Positions 42,283-55,287 of a stretch of DNA of 64,000 nucleotides are shown here, piece after piece (positions within the stretch are counted from its first letter, which is position 1; every line of letters begins with the position of its first letter). Both the position numbers and the translations under genes were made by a program. A model generated the notes under the pieces. The model worked only from the letters and a program-made list of their open reading frames with translations, ran no database searches and was not told where the DNA came from. This DNA is from Novakomyces olei (Eukaryota): positions 620,001 to 684,000 of the forward strand of contig JADEYG010000002.1 of the NCBI GenBank assembly GCA_016906335.1. Direction: 5' to 3'.

Positions 42283-43773
42283 TTAAACGGGCACTTGCTT
42301 CTCCGACCGCTGCCGCGTTTTCTCGCGGTCCGCCGATTCTGATGCGGCCAAGCGTCCGGCCAGTTTACGACGGCCATTTTCGCCTGCACGAGCAAGCACA
42401 CCGGCAATCATGCCCACGCTACGCAATGAATCGTCATTGCCCGGGATAGCGTACGTAACCCACTTTGGATCACAGTCGGAATCAATGATTCCGATAGTGG
42501 GAACGCGCCGGGCGGCACATTCGCCAAGGGCCACTTGATTCTCTCGAGTATTCAGTGCAATAACCAAGTCAGGACGAAGCATACGGGGAGCATCACGCTC
42601 GCCGCCATGTAAGAGCCCAACCAGTCGATCGTTCTCGTACCTGCGCAAAAGCCCTTGGCCGTCGTGTTCTAGTGTAATCGCTGCGTTTGTCAGGATTCCG
42701 GGGACCCAACGTTCAAAGACATGGTAGCCGTTGCAACGGCGAGCAGTATCAGTCACTATACTTTTCATGGGCTTCATTGTTCCCAGGACGAGAATAATGC
42801 CATTGCGTTCACAAACGGCCTCAACTACGCCACTCGCACGCCTCAAGTGGGACAGAGTTTCGTCCAGTGAAATGATATGAAGGCCCTGCCGTTCGCCAAA
42901 GATAAATGGCTGCGCTGCCGGATTCCAGAGCGACCGAGAATGGCCTAAATGGCACTGTGCTGCAAGTAAATGGTGCAGATTGACCTCGTGAGGAGCCGGA
43001 ATATTGGCGGCAAAATTGTGCGGCGAAAAGTTTTCGTGCTTGCGCGAGCCCAAGTGGGAAAAGATATCAGCTGGTCAACGTTTAGCAAAAACTGGTAGGC
43101 CAAGGGGAAATAGGGACACGTTTGTGCAAATCGATTTCAAGATATTTGTCAAAGAACGCATTAAACAAGTCTGCTCGACGCTGGCAGAAAGAATATCACA
43201 ATTGGCTCGTAAATGTAAATGTGCCTGGTAAATATTTGAATATAGTGTAATAATTTAGTAAGCAAAGACTGAGCAAACGAGTACCCTCAATCCCGGAACA
43301 GAGAGCAAATGCCGAAAAGGCGCAGCCCATTCGTCCAAGTAATCGTCTGCTGCAGCATTGGCCGCCTACTGCGTTTATCATACACGATAAACAAGGTAGG
43401 GGGGTACATTCAACTTGGCAGGCAAATTGGCAGGCAAATTGGCAGTAATGACAAAAGCAGGCAAAAAAAAAAAAAAAGGTATAGCCTTACCGACACGGGT
43501 GTGTCTCTGATACAGCTCATCAGAGCTTAGCTGCTCATGCACGTTAGGGGTATCTTGAGACGCTGTCAGCGAGGCATCCACGGCAGCGGCAGTAGCTGCC
43601 TCGTCGTCTTTCCGTGGAGAAGCAATCTCATCTCGCTCTACGGGACTCGTCTCATCCAAGAGCTCGTCCAGGTATCCCTGCGGCACTTTGCTGTACTGCC
43701 TCGTACTCGAACAGCGGCACGTGAAGCACCGCCGAGCCAATGCCGGTGCTGCTGCGTAAAGCCGCATCGCCAT
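42283..43773 (-). CDS. MRP4: Mitochondrial ribosomal protein uS2m; intron 43071-43490
   Basis: LLAAQCHLGH, IFGERQGLHIISL, RWVPGILTN, PTIGIIDSDCDP, IPGNDDSLRS; presequence-like exon 1. Confidence 0.92.
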
Positions 43774-43825
43774 GCTCAAACAATTTTTGATCTTGAATAT
43801 TTTGTACTGTATTAATTAATTAATT

Positions 43826-43858
<33 letters not shown>

Positions 43859-44100
43859 TTCATTTATTCATTTATTCATTTATTCATTTATTCATTTATT
43901 CATTTATTCATTTATTCATTTATTCATTTATTCATTTATTCATTTATTCATTTATTCATTTATTCATTTATTCATTTATTCATTTATTCATTTATTCATT
44001 TATTCATTTATTCATTTATTCATTTATTCATTTATTCATTTATTCATTTATTCATTTATTCATTCATTTATTTATTTATTTATTTATTTATTTATCTATT
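43826..44100. repeat. (ATTCATTT)n / (ATTT)n satellite
   Basis: Directly visible, in the MRP4/MUG70 divergent promoter. Confidence 0.96.
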
Positions 44101-44237
44101 CTATTTTATTATCCTATACTCATTTCTTACCATTTTATTCTGTCAGTTATACTTGTCCGGGTTTTCTCGGCCAGGGTTTTCTGTTTCCACGTAAACAACA
44201 TGTGAAGGCCAAATCCTCATACCCATCACGTGTATTG

Positions 44238-46921
44238 ATGTCTCGGAATACGCCTTCTGGACGGCGACCTGCCAGCGATCTCGGCCACCATCACGGTGCT
44301 CCTTCGCCGTCTGGAATTCCGCTGCCACGTGGTAACGGAACCGCGTCGGCAATGGCTTCTCCGGCCGATATCGGTAGTGATGCCAGGCGCCGGCACCAGG
44401 CGCGAAAAGACGAGGTATACCGCTCTGCTTTAACCCCATCCATCCTTCATCCTCGTCCTATTTCCGCTATAAATCAATTCAATTTTTTGAATTTATTTTA
44501 GTTTAATTAATTAATTTAATTTAATTTATTTATTTTATTTTTATTTTTATTTTTATTTTTTCTTTTCTAACGCCAATAGGCGATACGCAGGCGGCTTGAG
44601 CACGATTTAAACAAGAAAAGGCCCACGCCAGCACGGACGAGGCACACGAAAAAAATCCAGCCTGGCACAGTTTCTGCTTTAAGGCCGTCAATGCCTCTCA
44701 CCGTGAATCCTCACGTGACCGTAGCAGAAGCAGCTCAATTGATGGCAGCGAAACGCGAAGACTGTGTGCTTGTTGTAAACGACGAGCAACAGCTTGCTGG
44801 TATTTTCACGGCAAAAGATGTAGCCTACCGTGTCGTTGGCCAAAACATCAATGCTCGAGATATCACGATTGAGAGCATAATGACAAAGAATCCAATGTGC
44901 ACTCAGATCGATACGTCTGCAACAGACGCGTTAAATCTTATGGTCTCACGTGGATTTCGGCATTTGGTACGCGAGCAAGATTTTTACAACGAGTATGATG
45001 GACTAACGTTCAGCCCGTAACCGATCTCGACGGCGATGTGTGTGGCATTCTCGATATAACAAAATGCTTTTATGAGGCAATGGAGAAGGTAAGGTTGGGT
45101 GGACGCGTCACAAGCTTGTATCTGTGTTTGCCGCATAAGCAGGTCTTTGCTTACAGACCTTTAATTGAAGAATTCAGTAAAGGACTAATTTGTGTGTTAG
45201 CTGGAACGGCAGTATGCTGCGTCACGCAAGCTGTTCGAGGCAATGGAGGGAGTCCAAAACGAGTGGGGAAACGCTCAACAGCCCGCTCAGTTTATCGAAT
45301 ATGTCGAAGCTTTACGACAAAAGATGTCTGGCCCAGATCTGGCTTCAGTTTTGGACGGAACTCCTCCAGTCATTGTCTATGTGCGGACAACAGTAGCCGA
45401 AGCTGCTTCTCTTATGCGCGAGCATCATACCACATCTGTTCTCGTAATGGATCAGAATAATATTGCGGGCATTTTTACAAGCAAAGACGTTGTTCTTCGT
45501 GTAATTGCTGCCGGTCTGAATCCTCAGGCATGCTCTGTCGTCCGAGTGATGACGCCACATCCTGACTGTGCTTCTCATACTCTCAGCATCTCCGCAGCAT
45601 TGCGCAAGATGAATGGTAGGTTTATATATATTGTGTTTTGTTTAATATCGATTCTTTAGTTATTTATTTATTTACACATTTTTGTTTTATTTCAAAGCAA
45701 ACTCTGCAAAATGCAAAGCCTTCGTCTATGCGCTTATGCGCCATCTATCCCGTCAATTTTTACACGGGGTGGTATTTAGACAAAGGCAGATTAATTGGGC
45801 TCGTTGAGTCTGGCCCACTGTATATGATCGGTTGGCCAGAATTTTGTAGCTCGACACTTACGATTTGTTGATCGTGCTATAATAATAATTATGGAGATCG
45901 TCAAGTTTTTTAATTATTATGATTACTATTATTATTATAATCCCCCTATTTTATTTATTTTAAAATTGAGCTCTTCTAACTGTCCAGATGGCCATTATTT
46001 GAATTTACCCGTTGTTGACGAGTCGGAACAAGTCATTGGCATGGTTGACGTCCTGAAGCTGACGTATGCTACGCTGGAACAGGTGAGCTGCTTTACTTGT
46101 ATATTTAGTTATTCATGTATTAAATTAAATATTTATTTTCCTCATTAATTTGAATCATTATTGACTGTTGGAAGATGAACTCTGGAAACGCAGAAACCAG
46201 CGAGGGGCCAATGTGGAACAGGTTCTGGAACACTTTGGGTGATGAGGACACTGATTCTGCATTGTCGGACAATATTGCTTCAAGAGCAACGCCTTCAGAT
46301 CTCACACAGGACGATGCTGCTGGCAGTTTACGGGGCAAAGCATCGGTGAACCGGTTGGCAGAAGCGAGCAAAGTTGCCGAAGTTGATCCGACAGAATCTG
46401 CCTCCCAAGTCGATGAGGCGCGTGAGCCGGGAGGCCAGGCAAAACCTCCCTCGGACGAGGTACCGTTTGCCTTCAAGTTCAAGGCTCCCAGTGGCCGTAC
46501 TCATAGATTTCAGATTACTGCAGCCAAAGATGGAGGCCATGAAGGGTTTCGTGCTCTTGTATCAGAGAAACTGGGCCCAGAAGTAGATGCCCTGGGCGGA
46601 ATTGAGCGGTACTGTATTGCCTACATTGATGACGAGGCAGATGTAGTGGAAATAATGTCCAAGCAGGATATTGTCGACGCTATAGATCTGGCTCGGCGCC
46701 AGCAGGCAGACAAGGTGGGTTTACTGGTTCACCATCCGGACGCCAGTGCAGAGTCGCTTGTGCCTTTGGATTTGCGAGGCCGAAAGGGATCTCGACGCCG
46801 TACTGGCGGTGTCGATACGTCTTCGTCAATTATCGCTGGAGTGCCAAACGATCTACTCGTGCCTTGCTCTATCGGCGTTCTCGCCGTGGCGCTTATTGGA
46901 ATATTTGCATTTCGGCGATGA
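44238..46921 (+). CDS. mug70: CBS/PB1 domain tail-anchored protein, Mug70-like; five introns
   Basis: AAQLMAAKREDCVLV, GIFTAKD, GFRHLP, LDITKCFYEAMEKLER, CSVVRVMTPHPD, FKFKAPSGRTHRF, C-terminal TM segment. Confidence 0.88.
45716..45859 (+). ncRNA. snR36: Intronic H/ACA snoRNA, snR36/SNORA36-like
   Basis: Hairpin - AGATTA (45788-45793) - hairpin - ACA (45854-45856); 3' pocket strands GTTGAGT and AATT pair around 18S AAUU-U-G-ACUCAAC; 14 nt from pocket to ACA. Confidence 0.8.
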
Positions 46922-46964
46922 GCGTCGACCCGTGGATGATGGCGCTTTGATGCATGCGTCAAGT

Positions 46965-47035
46965 GTGATTGACGTATAATATCGTGATTGACGTATAAAA
47001 GCGTGATTGACGTATATAAGCGTGATTGACGTATA
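46965..47035. repeat. Four copies of a 19-bp unit containing TTGACGTA
   Basis: GTGATTGACGTATA at 46965, 46984, 47003 and 47022. Confidence 0.9.
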
Positions 47036-47185
47036 GATTTGGGTAAAGAGTGGTTATAGGGTTCTATTTATCGTTTATTTCTACATTTTTGTTGTGAATA
47101 AAAAAATTATGAAAACCCATTGTCCATCCAGTGTACAAAAAACGGGTTATAAATATAAATAATCCAAGATCACCACCGAGTCTGC

Positions 47186-47226
47186 TAGGGTTTAAAGAAA
47201 AGGGTTAACCCTAACCCTAACCCTAA
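47186..47226. promoter_or_regulatory. Telomere-like TTAGGG/CCCTAA cluster upstream of ARE (one of about ten such sites)
   Basis: CTAGGGTT..AGGGTTAACCCTAACCCTAACCCTAA about 100 bp before the ATG. Confidence 0.55.
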
Positions 47227-47326
47227 ATGGTGCTGGTACAGTATCTGTACTCAATCTGTCTATAGAGCTGTAGAGCCAAAGGCGTAATATTATTGCAGAG
47301 GCCGAACGCGACTCGCATCCATCCAT

Positions 47327-49185
47327 ATGGCTTCGTCGGATAGTCGGCAATCTTCGGTTCGGCCGAGACCTCTAAGCGAGGCTAATGGCGCAACCTCGAA
47401 ATCGTACCTCTCACAGACCTCGACGGGAGACGGAGCGAGGACGCCGACGGGAGTTCCTCAGGTTGCTAATGCCCGAGCGCGTCATATGCTCCCTGTCGTA
47501 CCAATGTGCCCTCGTTCCTCGTTGATGGACCGTGTTGGCATGGGCAAGGCCACCGATTTTTCAGGGTTTTTCATATTATTTTGGGTTCGTAAGGCGGGGA
47601 AAGAGACTTGATTATTAGAGCCAACAATATATTATTTTATTATTTCTCTTGTTTCAGCTAACGGCAGATTGGCCTCTTCATCTTGTGCCTGACAACGGCG
47701 CTAAGGAACTTGCGCGATACTGGACGCGTCTTTGGCGATAATATATGGAAGCTTTTTACGACCAGACTGTTGAAGCTCGTCGTCCTGGACTGGACAATGG
47801 TGGGCAGTTCAGCGTACGTGTACCTTTTCGCGAAAGCGTACAGGACAGGGTTTCTCAGGTTCAGCAGGGCGCACCAGGCTCTGCATTTACTAATTGAACT
47901 CGGCTTCCTCGCCTTTTGGACACTGCTGAGCTACCGGCAAAAATGGTCCTGGACCCATGAAGTTTACTTTATCATGCACACAATAGTCATGGGCATGAAA
48001 ATACACTCTTACACTTTTACAAACGGACCTCTGGCAAAAGCGTTCCACGAAGCTTTGGATATTTTAAAGCAAACAACGACCACTGAGCAAGACAAGGAGA
48101 ATACCAAGCATTTGGGGGAACGAGTGGGAAATGGCTCACAAACCGCTAAAGACCAAACCCAAAAAGACCAAACTGAAAAGGTCCAAACCCAAAAAGACCA
48201 GACTGAAAAACTTGCGATTTCTGTCGGTACAGAATACTTTGATGAAAAGGCTCATTTGCAAGTAGCCAAGCTGCGTGAAATTTTGATTTCGCCCTACCAT
48301 CCTGAAATATCGTACCCTTCTAATGTAAGTTTTTCAAACTTTATTGATTACCTCCTCGTGCCTACTTTGTGCTACGAGATCACGTACCCGCGTCAGACAA
48401 CTTTCAGCGTATATTATATAGTGGAAAAGATACTGGCTACACTGGGGACACTATCCTTGTTGGTTATTATTACAGAACATCATATTCTCCCTGTTTTGGA
48501 TTATACAGACTCCAAATTATGGTCTGCGGGTATTTCGCATTTGGACAAAGCCTTGTACGTTGCTGAAGCAGTTTCCTCGTTACTGTTTCCTTTTCTGCTC
48601 TGCGTGCTGCTCGTGTTTTATATCATCTTCGAAGGGATTCTCAACGTATTTGCTGAGCTTACGTACTTTGCTGATCGCAATTTTTATGACGGTGAGTTTA
48701 TATTGTTTCTTTTTTCTCTTCTTACTCTTATTTTAGTCTTTAACCCTTTTATTCCCGTCTTTTCCTTAGCTTTGGTTTTGTCGCCTTCCTTTTCTGTGAT
48801 TACAATCTCAACGTTATTCTAATATAATTATCTAGAATGGTGGAATTGTTATAATTGGACGGCGTTTGCACGGTGCTGGAACAAACCAGTCCATCACTTT
48901 CTACACAGGCACGTTTACGTGGCATTGAGAGCCGGACGCATTTCTAAAACTGCGGCTTCAGCTGCCACGTTTCTGCTATCGGCTCTACTGCACGAACTCG
49001 TCATGTCTAGTATTTCACGGAAAATTCGAGGATACGGATTGTTTTTCCAAATGTTACAGATACCCTTTATATCGCTGGAAAAAGTCAAATTTGTCAGGGA
49101 CAGACATATCCTCGGCAATATCATGTTGTGGAGCTGCATTATCTCGGGAACGGCCATGATGTGTGTTCTTTACGTCCTTGTTTGA
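47327..49185 (+). CDS. ARE1: Sterol O-acyltransferase (MBOAT); introns ~47585-47668 and 48692-48835
   Basis: MKIHSY, PTLCYEITYPR, AELTYFADRNFYDEWWN, WNKPVHHFLHRHVY, SALLHE. Confidence 0.93.
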
Positions 49186-49783
49186 ACCTCAGCTTTGGTT
49201 GTATTTTATAGTTGGCAATTATACTAGTGTTGTACTATATTATTACTGGTTCATCTTCTCATATAGTGAGTGAATCGTAGCCAATTCGTGTACTTGTCCC
49301 GTGTTCGGCATACAATTTTGGTCTTGGAAAGGTTTATTTGTCTATTTTCTATCTGTTTTGTTGACGTGTCGGTTTGTTATTTAATACATTTCTATTATTC
49401 AAGATATTCCTATTATTCGATATACTTTTTGTCAGCCCTTTATATATTGTCAGCCCTTTATACATTGTCAGCCCTATATATTGTCGAGTATTTTTCTATT
49501 TTTCGACCCTAACCCTTACTGACCCAATGACTGGTTTGTACGGAAAACATTATTAATGTACTATAAATGTACTCTATTCTGCGAATCAACAATATAGAGA
49601 AAAGATTTAAAAGCGAACGGGACCTCAAGATTAACTCTAAAGCTTCTAAACGTAATTTCGATAATAACCCCATTAATCCCCACAATCTATCCGCCAGTGA
49701 CTTGCAAGCTCCCTTGCATCCATCTCTTTCACCTTTTCTCTTTGACCTTTTCTCTTTCTCTGCTGGCTGGCTGGAAGACTGCT

Positions 49784-52700
49784 CTAATCCTCGTCGGAAA
49801 AGACCTCTTCGCCACGCTTGCGACGGGCCATACGCTCCTTCTTCTTCTTCCGCAGCTCAGCACCCGTAAGAGCCTTCTTCTTCTTGGGAGCGTCAATCTT
49901 GTTGCCCATAGCATCAAACTTATCCTCCTCGTCCTCCTTGTTGGCCTCCAGTCGCGGCCCAGAGCCCTGGCCCTTGACCCAGTTGTGCCCAGAGGGCGTC
50001 ATACGGCCGTTTTGTACCGCCCAAACCTCCTCGGTCAAGTTCTTTGTAAACTCGGCCGAGTGTGTAATAATAATCACACCTCCCTCAAACTCCTTGAGAG
50101 CCTTGGAGAGCGCTCCCAGAGAGTCCCGGTCGAGGTAGTTGGTGGGCTCGTCCAGCACGACCAAGTGCGGCCGCTGCCAAGTGCAGGCAGCCAACACCAG
50201 TTTGACCTTTTGGCCACCGGAAAGGCCGCGGATACGAGAGTGGGAGACAATCTCTGCCTCCAACCCCAAATTGGCACAGTGGGACTCAATCTCCTTGCGC
50301 ACAAGAGGCCTAAACTGGCCCGACTCCATAGCCGCTTTCAAATCCACTTCGGCAATCATTTTGCCATGAGACTCGATCAGCTCATTGCGAGGCAGCCAGC
50401 TGTTGTCTGCCGACATCATCGGCGTCCATTTTTCGCTCTTCATTCCGATATTTGTGCCCAGCAGCCAGGAGACCTCGTACTCGTACGAGTTTTTAAGCTT
50501 TCGGCGTGAATGCACTCCCGCAATACGGCGCTCTGAGCCCTCAATCTTCCAAATCTTGAGCATTGCCTTCTCATCGTCCTCTGTGACTTTACGAGCCTCT
50601 CGGTCCATTGTCTCCCGATCCTCACCGGACTGGAACCGCCACTGAATGTACTCTGAGGGCGTATTGTCCAGGTGGGAGTCAATGTGGTGGAAGGCGTGCT
50701 GAGCAACGTAGGCGATTCGCAAGTTTGGGTGTGTCCATACGTCACCGATACTCGGCACCAGCTCGCCAGTGAGTACTTTGATAAGCGTCGATTTGCCTGC
50801 GCCATTGGGGCCGATAACTGCCACTCGAGAGGACAGTGAGCATTGGAAGGTAATGTCCTCAATCTGTGGACGGGAGGTGCCAGGGTACTGGAAGGTCATA
50901 TTGCTCACTTTTACGATAGCCCTCTGCTTTGTCTTTACTCCCTCCAGCATCCCGGGCTCGGGGAACCGGAAACTCATCTCCGAGGCACCCAGCTCGTAGT
51001 ACGACTTGGCAGAGGGGACCTTTTTGACAAACTCGGAGAGGTTGCCAATGTACTTTTTCAACTTGAACCGCTCATAGTGGATAATGCTCTGTACTACATT
51101 GTCCAGGAACCCAGAGTCGTGCGAGACAATGATGGAGGTCACGTCTTTTTGCGAAGTCAAAAAGTTCTCCAGCCACGCGACATTGACCACGTCGAGATGG
51201 TTAGTGGGCTCATCGAGCAAAAGGATATGAGGATCCTTCAACATGGCACGTGTAAGCGCCAGCTTCATCTTCCATCCGCCGGACAGAGAGCCGATAGGCA
51301 TATTGATCAGCTCGTCGGTGAAGGAATTTGCCTTGAGCGCTTCAATAACCTCGTCACGTGTCGTCTGTGGCACATCCTTGTCGTTTTGGATAAACTCGAC
51401 TGTCGTCATCTCTGCCTCGGTGGCATCGATATCGTGCTCTACGTAAACGGTACGCAAATGTGTTGGAAAGCCTTCAACTTGATGGTTCACTATAGCACGC
51501 ATAAGCGTTGATTTGCCTGATCCGTTAGGGCCACATAGACCGTAGCGGCGGCCTTTCTTCAGACGCAAACGGGTACGGTTAAGCAGGATTTTGGCACCGT
51601 ACGCCAGGGAGAACTCGCAGTTACACAAATCTTCACCTTCTTCCTCCTCTTCGACTCCAACACCGGCCTCTCCGAGGGCAGAGATGGATCGTTTTTGAAA
51701 GTCTTCAACGGCAGCCTGAGCCTCGCCCTCTGGGACAAACTGGGTCAAGTAGGGAAGAACGTTGCTCGCCCACTCGGCACTTTCATTGTTCTTTTCATGC
51801 ACAAGCTGGGCAGCAATGCTGGAGATGTACTGAGCAATCGGATCTGCCCATTGCGGGATCTTGTTGTTGGCCAGTACTTTTTGCAGCGTGTCCAGTGTGA
51901 CCTTGGGAGAAATTGCAGTAGAAATGTCGGGGATCTTTCCATCCGTAACGTTACCCACCCGGCAAAGCGTGTTGATTGCCCGGGAGACTACGTCACGGCA
52001 CTCTGGGTCGCCGATAGTGTCCTTGATATGGTTCAGTGTGGGCAGTAATTTGGGTAGAAAAGTGGCAATTTCGTTGGGGTCGTCCACGAGTTTACACATA
52101 TTGTCAATAATAACTGCACTCTTCCGCTTGATTGGAGTAGCCCGCTCGTTAAGGCCGCGCTCAAGCAGCGGGACCATGATGGACAGGGTGGGAGCCTGTA
52201 CCTCAGTGACAAACGTCGTTGCGCCCAGAGTGTGGATGGTCTCGGGCACCTGTTCCGGATGGGAAATGCACTCAATAAGCGCCGGGATGAAACGATCAAT
52301 ATCGTGGTTTGCAATAAGCGTACACACTTTTGTCATTGTGTCCCGCGACTGCTTCTTGATCTCGTTCTTGGTATCCCACATGCTCTCGGACACGACGGGG
52401 ATGACGTCAGGCAAAAGGCGGGAGAGCTGCGAGGGTGCTGATTCAACGAGAACGTCAAACAGCTGCAGAGACAATTGCTTCTCTGGCCACTTCATTGCCT
52501 TGTGAATAAGCTCAACGATGACGGGGACAACTGCCTTGACAGCGTTGGGATTGAGAGAGCGTACAAGCTCTTTAGCCACAGCAGGGGCAAGAGCTTTCAC
52601 GCTCGCCTGCTTGTCGTTGACCTTGTCAACAATTTCGGGCAAAAGGCCGATCAAGTACGGCTCAACACCGGCAGAGACGTCCTCGCCAGCGCAGATGTTT

Positions 52701-53137
52701 GCTACTGCATGCAGACCCTTCTCACGCGCAGCGGCATCCTTCTTGTTGGTCAAAAGAGTCTTGAGCGATTCAATAGCTTTTGTTGGAGCACTGGAACCGA
52801 ATTAGCAAAGGTTTAATTGGATAAAGCAATGATCCACATAGTGTGGCACGACTGTTGGATAAACGAAAAGAGACGCGGCAAAAGGGCGTAAGCCCATAGA
52901 GACGAAATGTAGGGGCATTTGGTCGCAGAAATCCAAATCGGCATCCAAAAAAATTAAAATTAAAGTCAAAACAAAAATTAAATCTGCATACTGTTGTTCT
53001 TCAATAGGTCCATTGATAAACGAGGCAATATTGCGTGAAGCAGAATCAATAGCCTCTGGAGTGCCGGCAATAGACAGCGCATTAAAGAGCTGATCCAAGT
53101 CCTTAATGGACGCCTTATTTCCGGTCTGTGCAGCCAT
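49784..53137 (-). CDS. YEF3: Translation elongation factor 3; intron 52791-52991
   Basis: HEAT N-terminus, [18 protein letters not shown], two ABC cassettes ([18 protein letters not shown]), chromo insert, basic C-terminus. Confidence 0.97.
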
Positions 53138-54062
53138 TTTTAGGTCCGTCCTTCGAGTGCGGACGTTGTTGGATTTGGCGACTTTTGGTTTGCAGGAAAT
53201 TTTTTTTTATAGCCTAAAATTTTTGCTGATATGTGTACTTTAAAATTTCAAGTAGTATCCGATAATGGTTATCTCGACACATTAGGGTAGTATTAATGGT
53301 ATTAATAGTAATAAATAGTGGAAAAGAGAATAGGGAAAATCGTGGATTTACGGTATCGAAGGGGGAAGCGTCGGTACACTAGAAACGGCAGGGAACACCG
53401 GACCTGTAGACTGTTTAACGCCTAAACACGGGCAAAAGCATACAGCACGCAGCGTTTAATATGCTAAAATAATGTGCATTAAGAATTTATAAAGTCACTC
53501 GTACCATACTTGGTTTATACTAGTTTTATACTTGTTCTATAGCACATGACCTGCCAGTTCGGGAGACCCACGCGTATACATTGGCTTGAATTGCCTGCTC
53601 TTTCCATCACGACTGACGGCTATATCACCTTTAATTTTGGACCAATTCTGGCGACTAGAGGGATATTAGATAGACAGATGTACAGATAAATCGCGGTATT
53701 TGCGCTTGTCTGTTGGCTATGCAGTGTAATAAATGTCGAAATTAATAATTATAATTAACATCTTTATTTCAATAGTAATTATCGAGTCGACTACGCAGCG
53801 CAATATTGAAGAAAACAGAGTACAAAACATTATCGATATCTGAAACTTTTTTTAATTTTCAATCAATATTTACTCTAATTTAATACTTATTCTAATTATA
53901 ATTCAATATTTATTGTAATAAAATATTAAATATATATCCCACTCATCTGCTTACGCCCAATTACCGCCAACGGCGCCCATCGGCAGAGCTGTGAAGCGAT
54001 GAGCGTATAAGAATCCACTGACACGACGGACAGAGGCCTATAAATCTGCCAAATTTTTGGCA

Positions 54063-55076
54063 ATGTCGGCTGTTCCTCTACAGCTGCATTTTGCGGCAAA
54101 CACGATCCGCACAGCGGCACTGCCGTCGACACGGATCCCCGTGTTTGCTGCCCTTCATGCAGTGTACCTGTGCCGCGCTTATTTTATCGGCGTCCGAAGT
54201 CAAAGGCGGTCGCCGCCCGTCAGCTTGGCACAGGGACTAGTAAGTGTCTTGTTGAGTTTGGCTGCTGGCAGTATAGCCAGTGCCGTCCTGTTCAATCGGC
54301 CAGTAACTTTTGTACTGAGTGATGTGGCAGTGCCATTGTACTCTGCCGTCTTTGTTCTGCTCTACTACTCGTCTACTCTGCGAAATGCTCTTTTACAGCT
54401 TCCAGATCTCGTTGCGGACGCGGTGCTTCTCGTGCCGGACACGGTCTTCCGGTCCGATATGTTTTTGCGTCAAGGGTGCGATCTTGCCGCTCAGGCAAGC
54501 AAGGAATTAGGACTCGCGTCTTGTACCGTCGGCCGGGTCGTAGGAGGCGGGATTGTGGGTGCCGCTGGGCTGTTCACCGTACTCACGGGCAACTTGTTTG
54601 CGCCTGATTGGGGGGTTTCTGCGCAGGCGTTTACCGTTATCCCTCTAGAGCTTTGGGCGTAAGTTGCCTTTAATTTATAATAATAGGGGTTGGGTTCTTT
54701 ATCGGCTCAGCTTACTGCCTCGTTTGTGTTTTTTAAATTGTTTTTTCTAGGCCATTTACCTGTTCGATTGTTGATTGTTGATTGTTGATTGTTGATTGTT
54801 GATTGTTCGCCTCCTTGTAACACTATTTATTCTAATCTTAGGCCCTTTTTCATCTCTGCCCTGTACACTGTTTTGATCGGTGGCGTGCCTGCCGGTCTCC
54901 CTGCCGGTCAGACTGCAGCCCAGTTCGAAGACGCGCGTCTTATCGCCACGAGCATCTATCTCTTGTTGCGGGTGCTTAATTTCACGGGAATTTGTAATTT
55001 GTCAATTAGTGCTCCCACGCAATCTGCAACATCGGTCAAGCACCGCAAGAAGCCTCATCGCAAAAAGGAAGAGTGA
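54063..55076 (+). CDS. Multi-pass membrane protein, TRIC/TMEM38-like; intron 54660-54842
   Basis: Repeated TM pattern AAGSIASAVLFNRP..PLYSAVFVLLYY and a second Gly-rich helix; basic C-terminus. Confidence 0.5.
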
Positions 55077-55287
55077 GGACAGGTGAATAAGTGTGGTAAG
55101 AGAGGATTGGGAGGCGTTACAAAACGTTTGGAATAGAATAGGCACCGTCTGTCATGTGCTATAGACATTATTTAATAAAATCTTTATTCATAGTACATTA
55201 TAGGCGCATAAACAAGCAAAGAATTAAAACGATCTGTACTTGAATTTCTTGCACTCTATAAATCCCTGGTTCTCTGTCTTTTCTCCG

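Noticed and set aside
43260-43410. TPP riboswitch or HDV-like ribozyme in the MRP4 intron
   Set aside because: Conserved TPP core (CUGAGA, AUACC, UGA-C) and HDV pseudoknot pairings could not be built on the sense strand
46965-47035. CRISPR-like repeat-spacer array
   Set aside because: Spacers only ~5 nt, eukaryotic context, no cas genes
49697-52816. Long + strand ORFs opposite EF-3 (and similar ones opposite DSL1, PAL1 and the methyltransferase)
   Set aside because: Antisense shadows of codon-biased genes; no recognisable motifs
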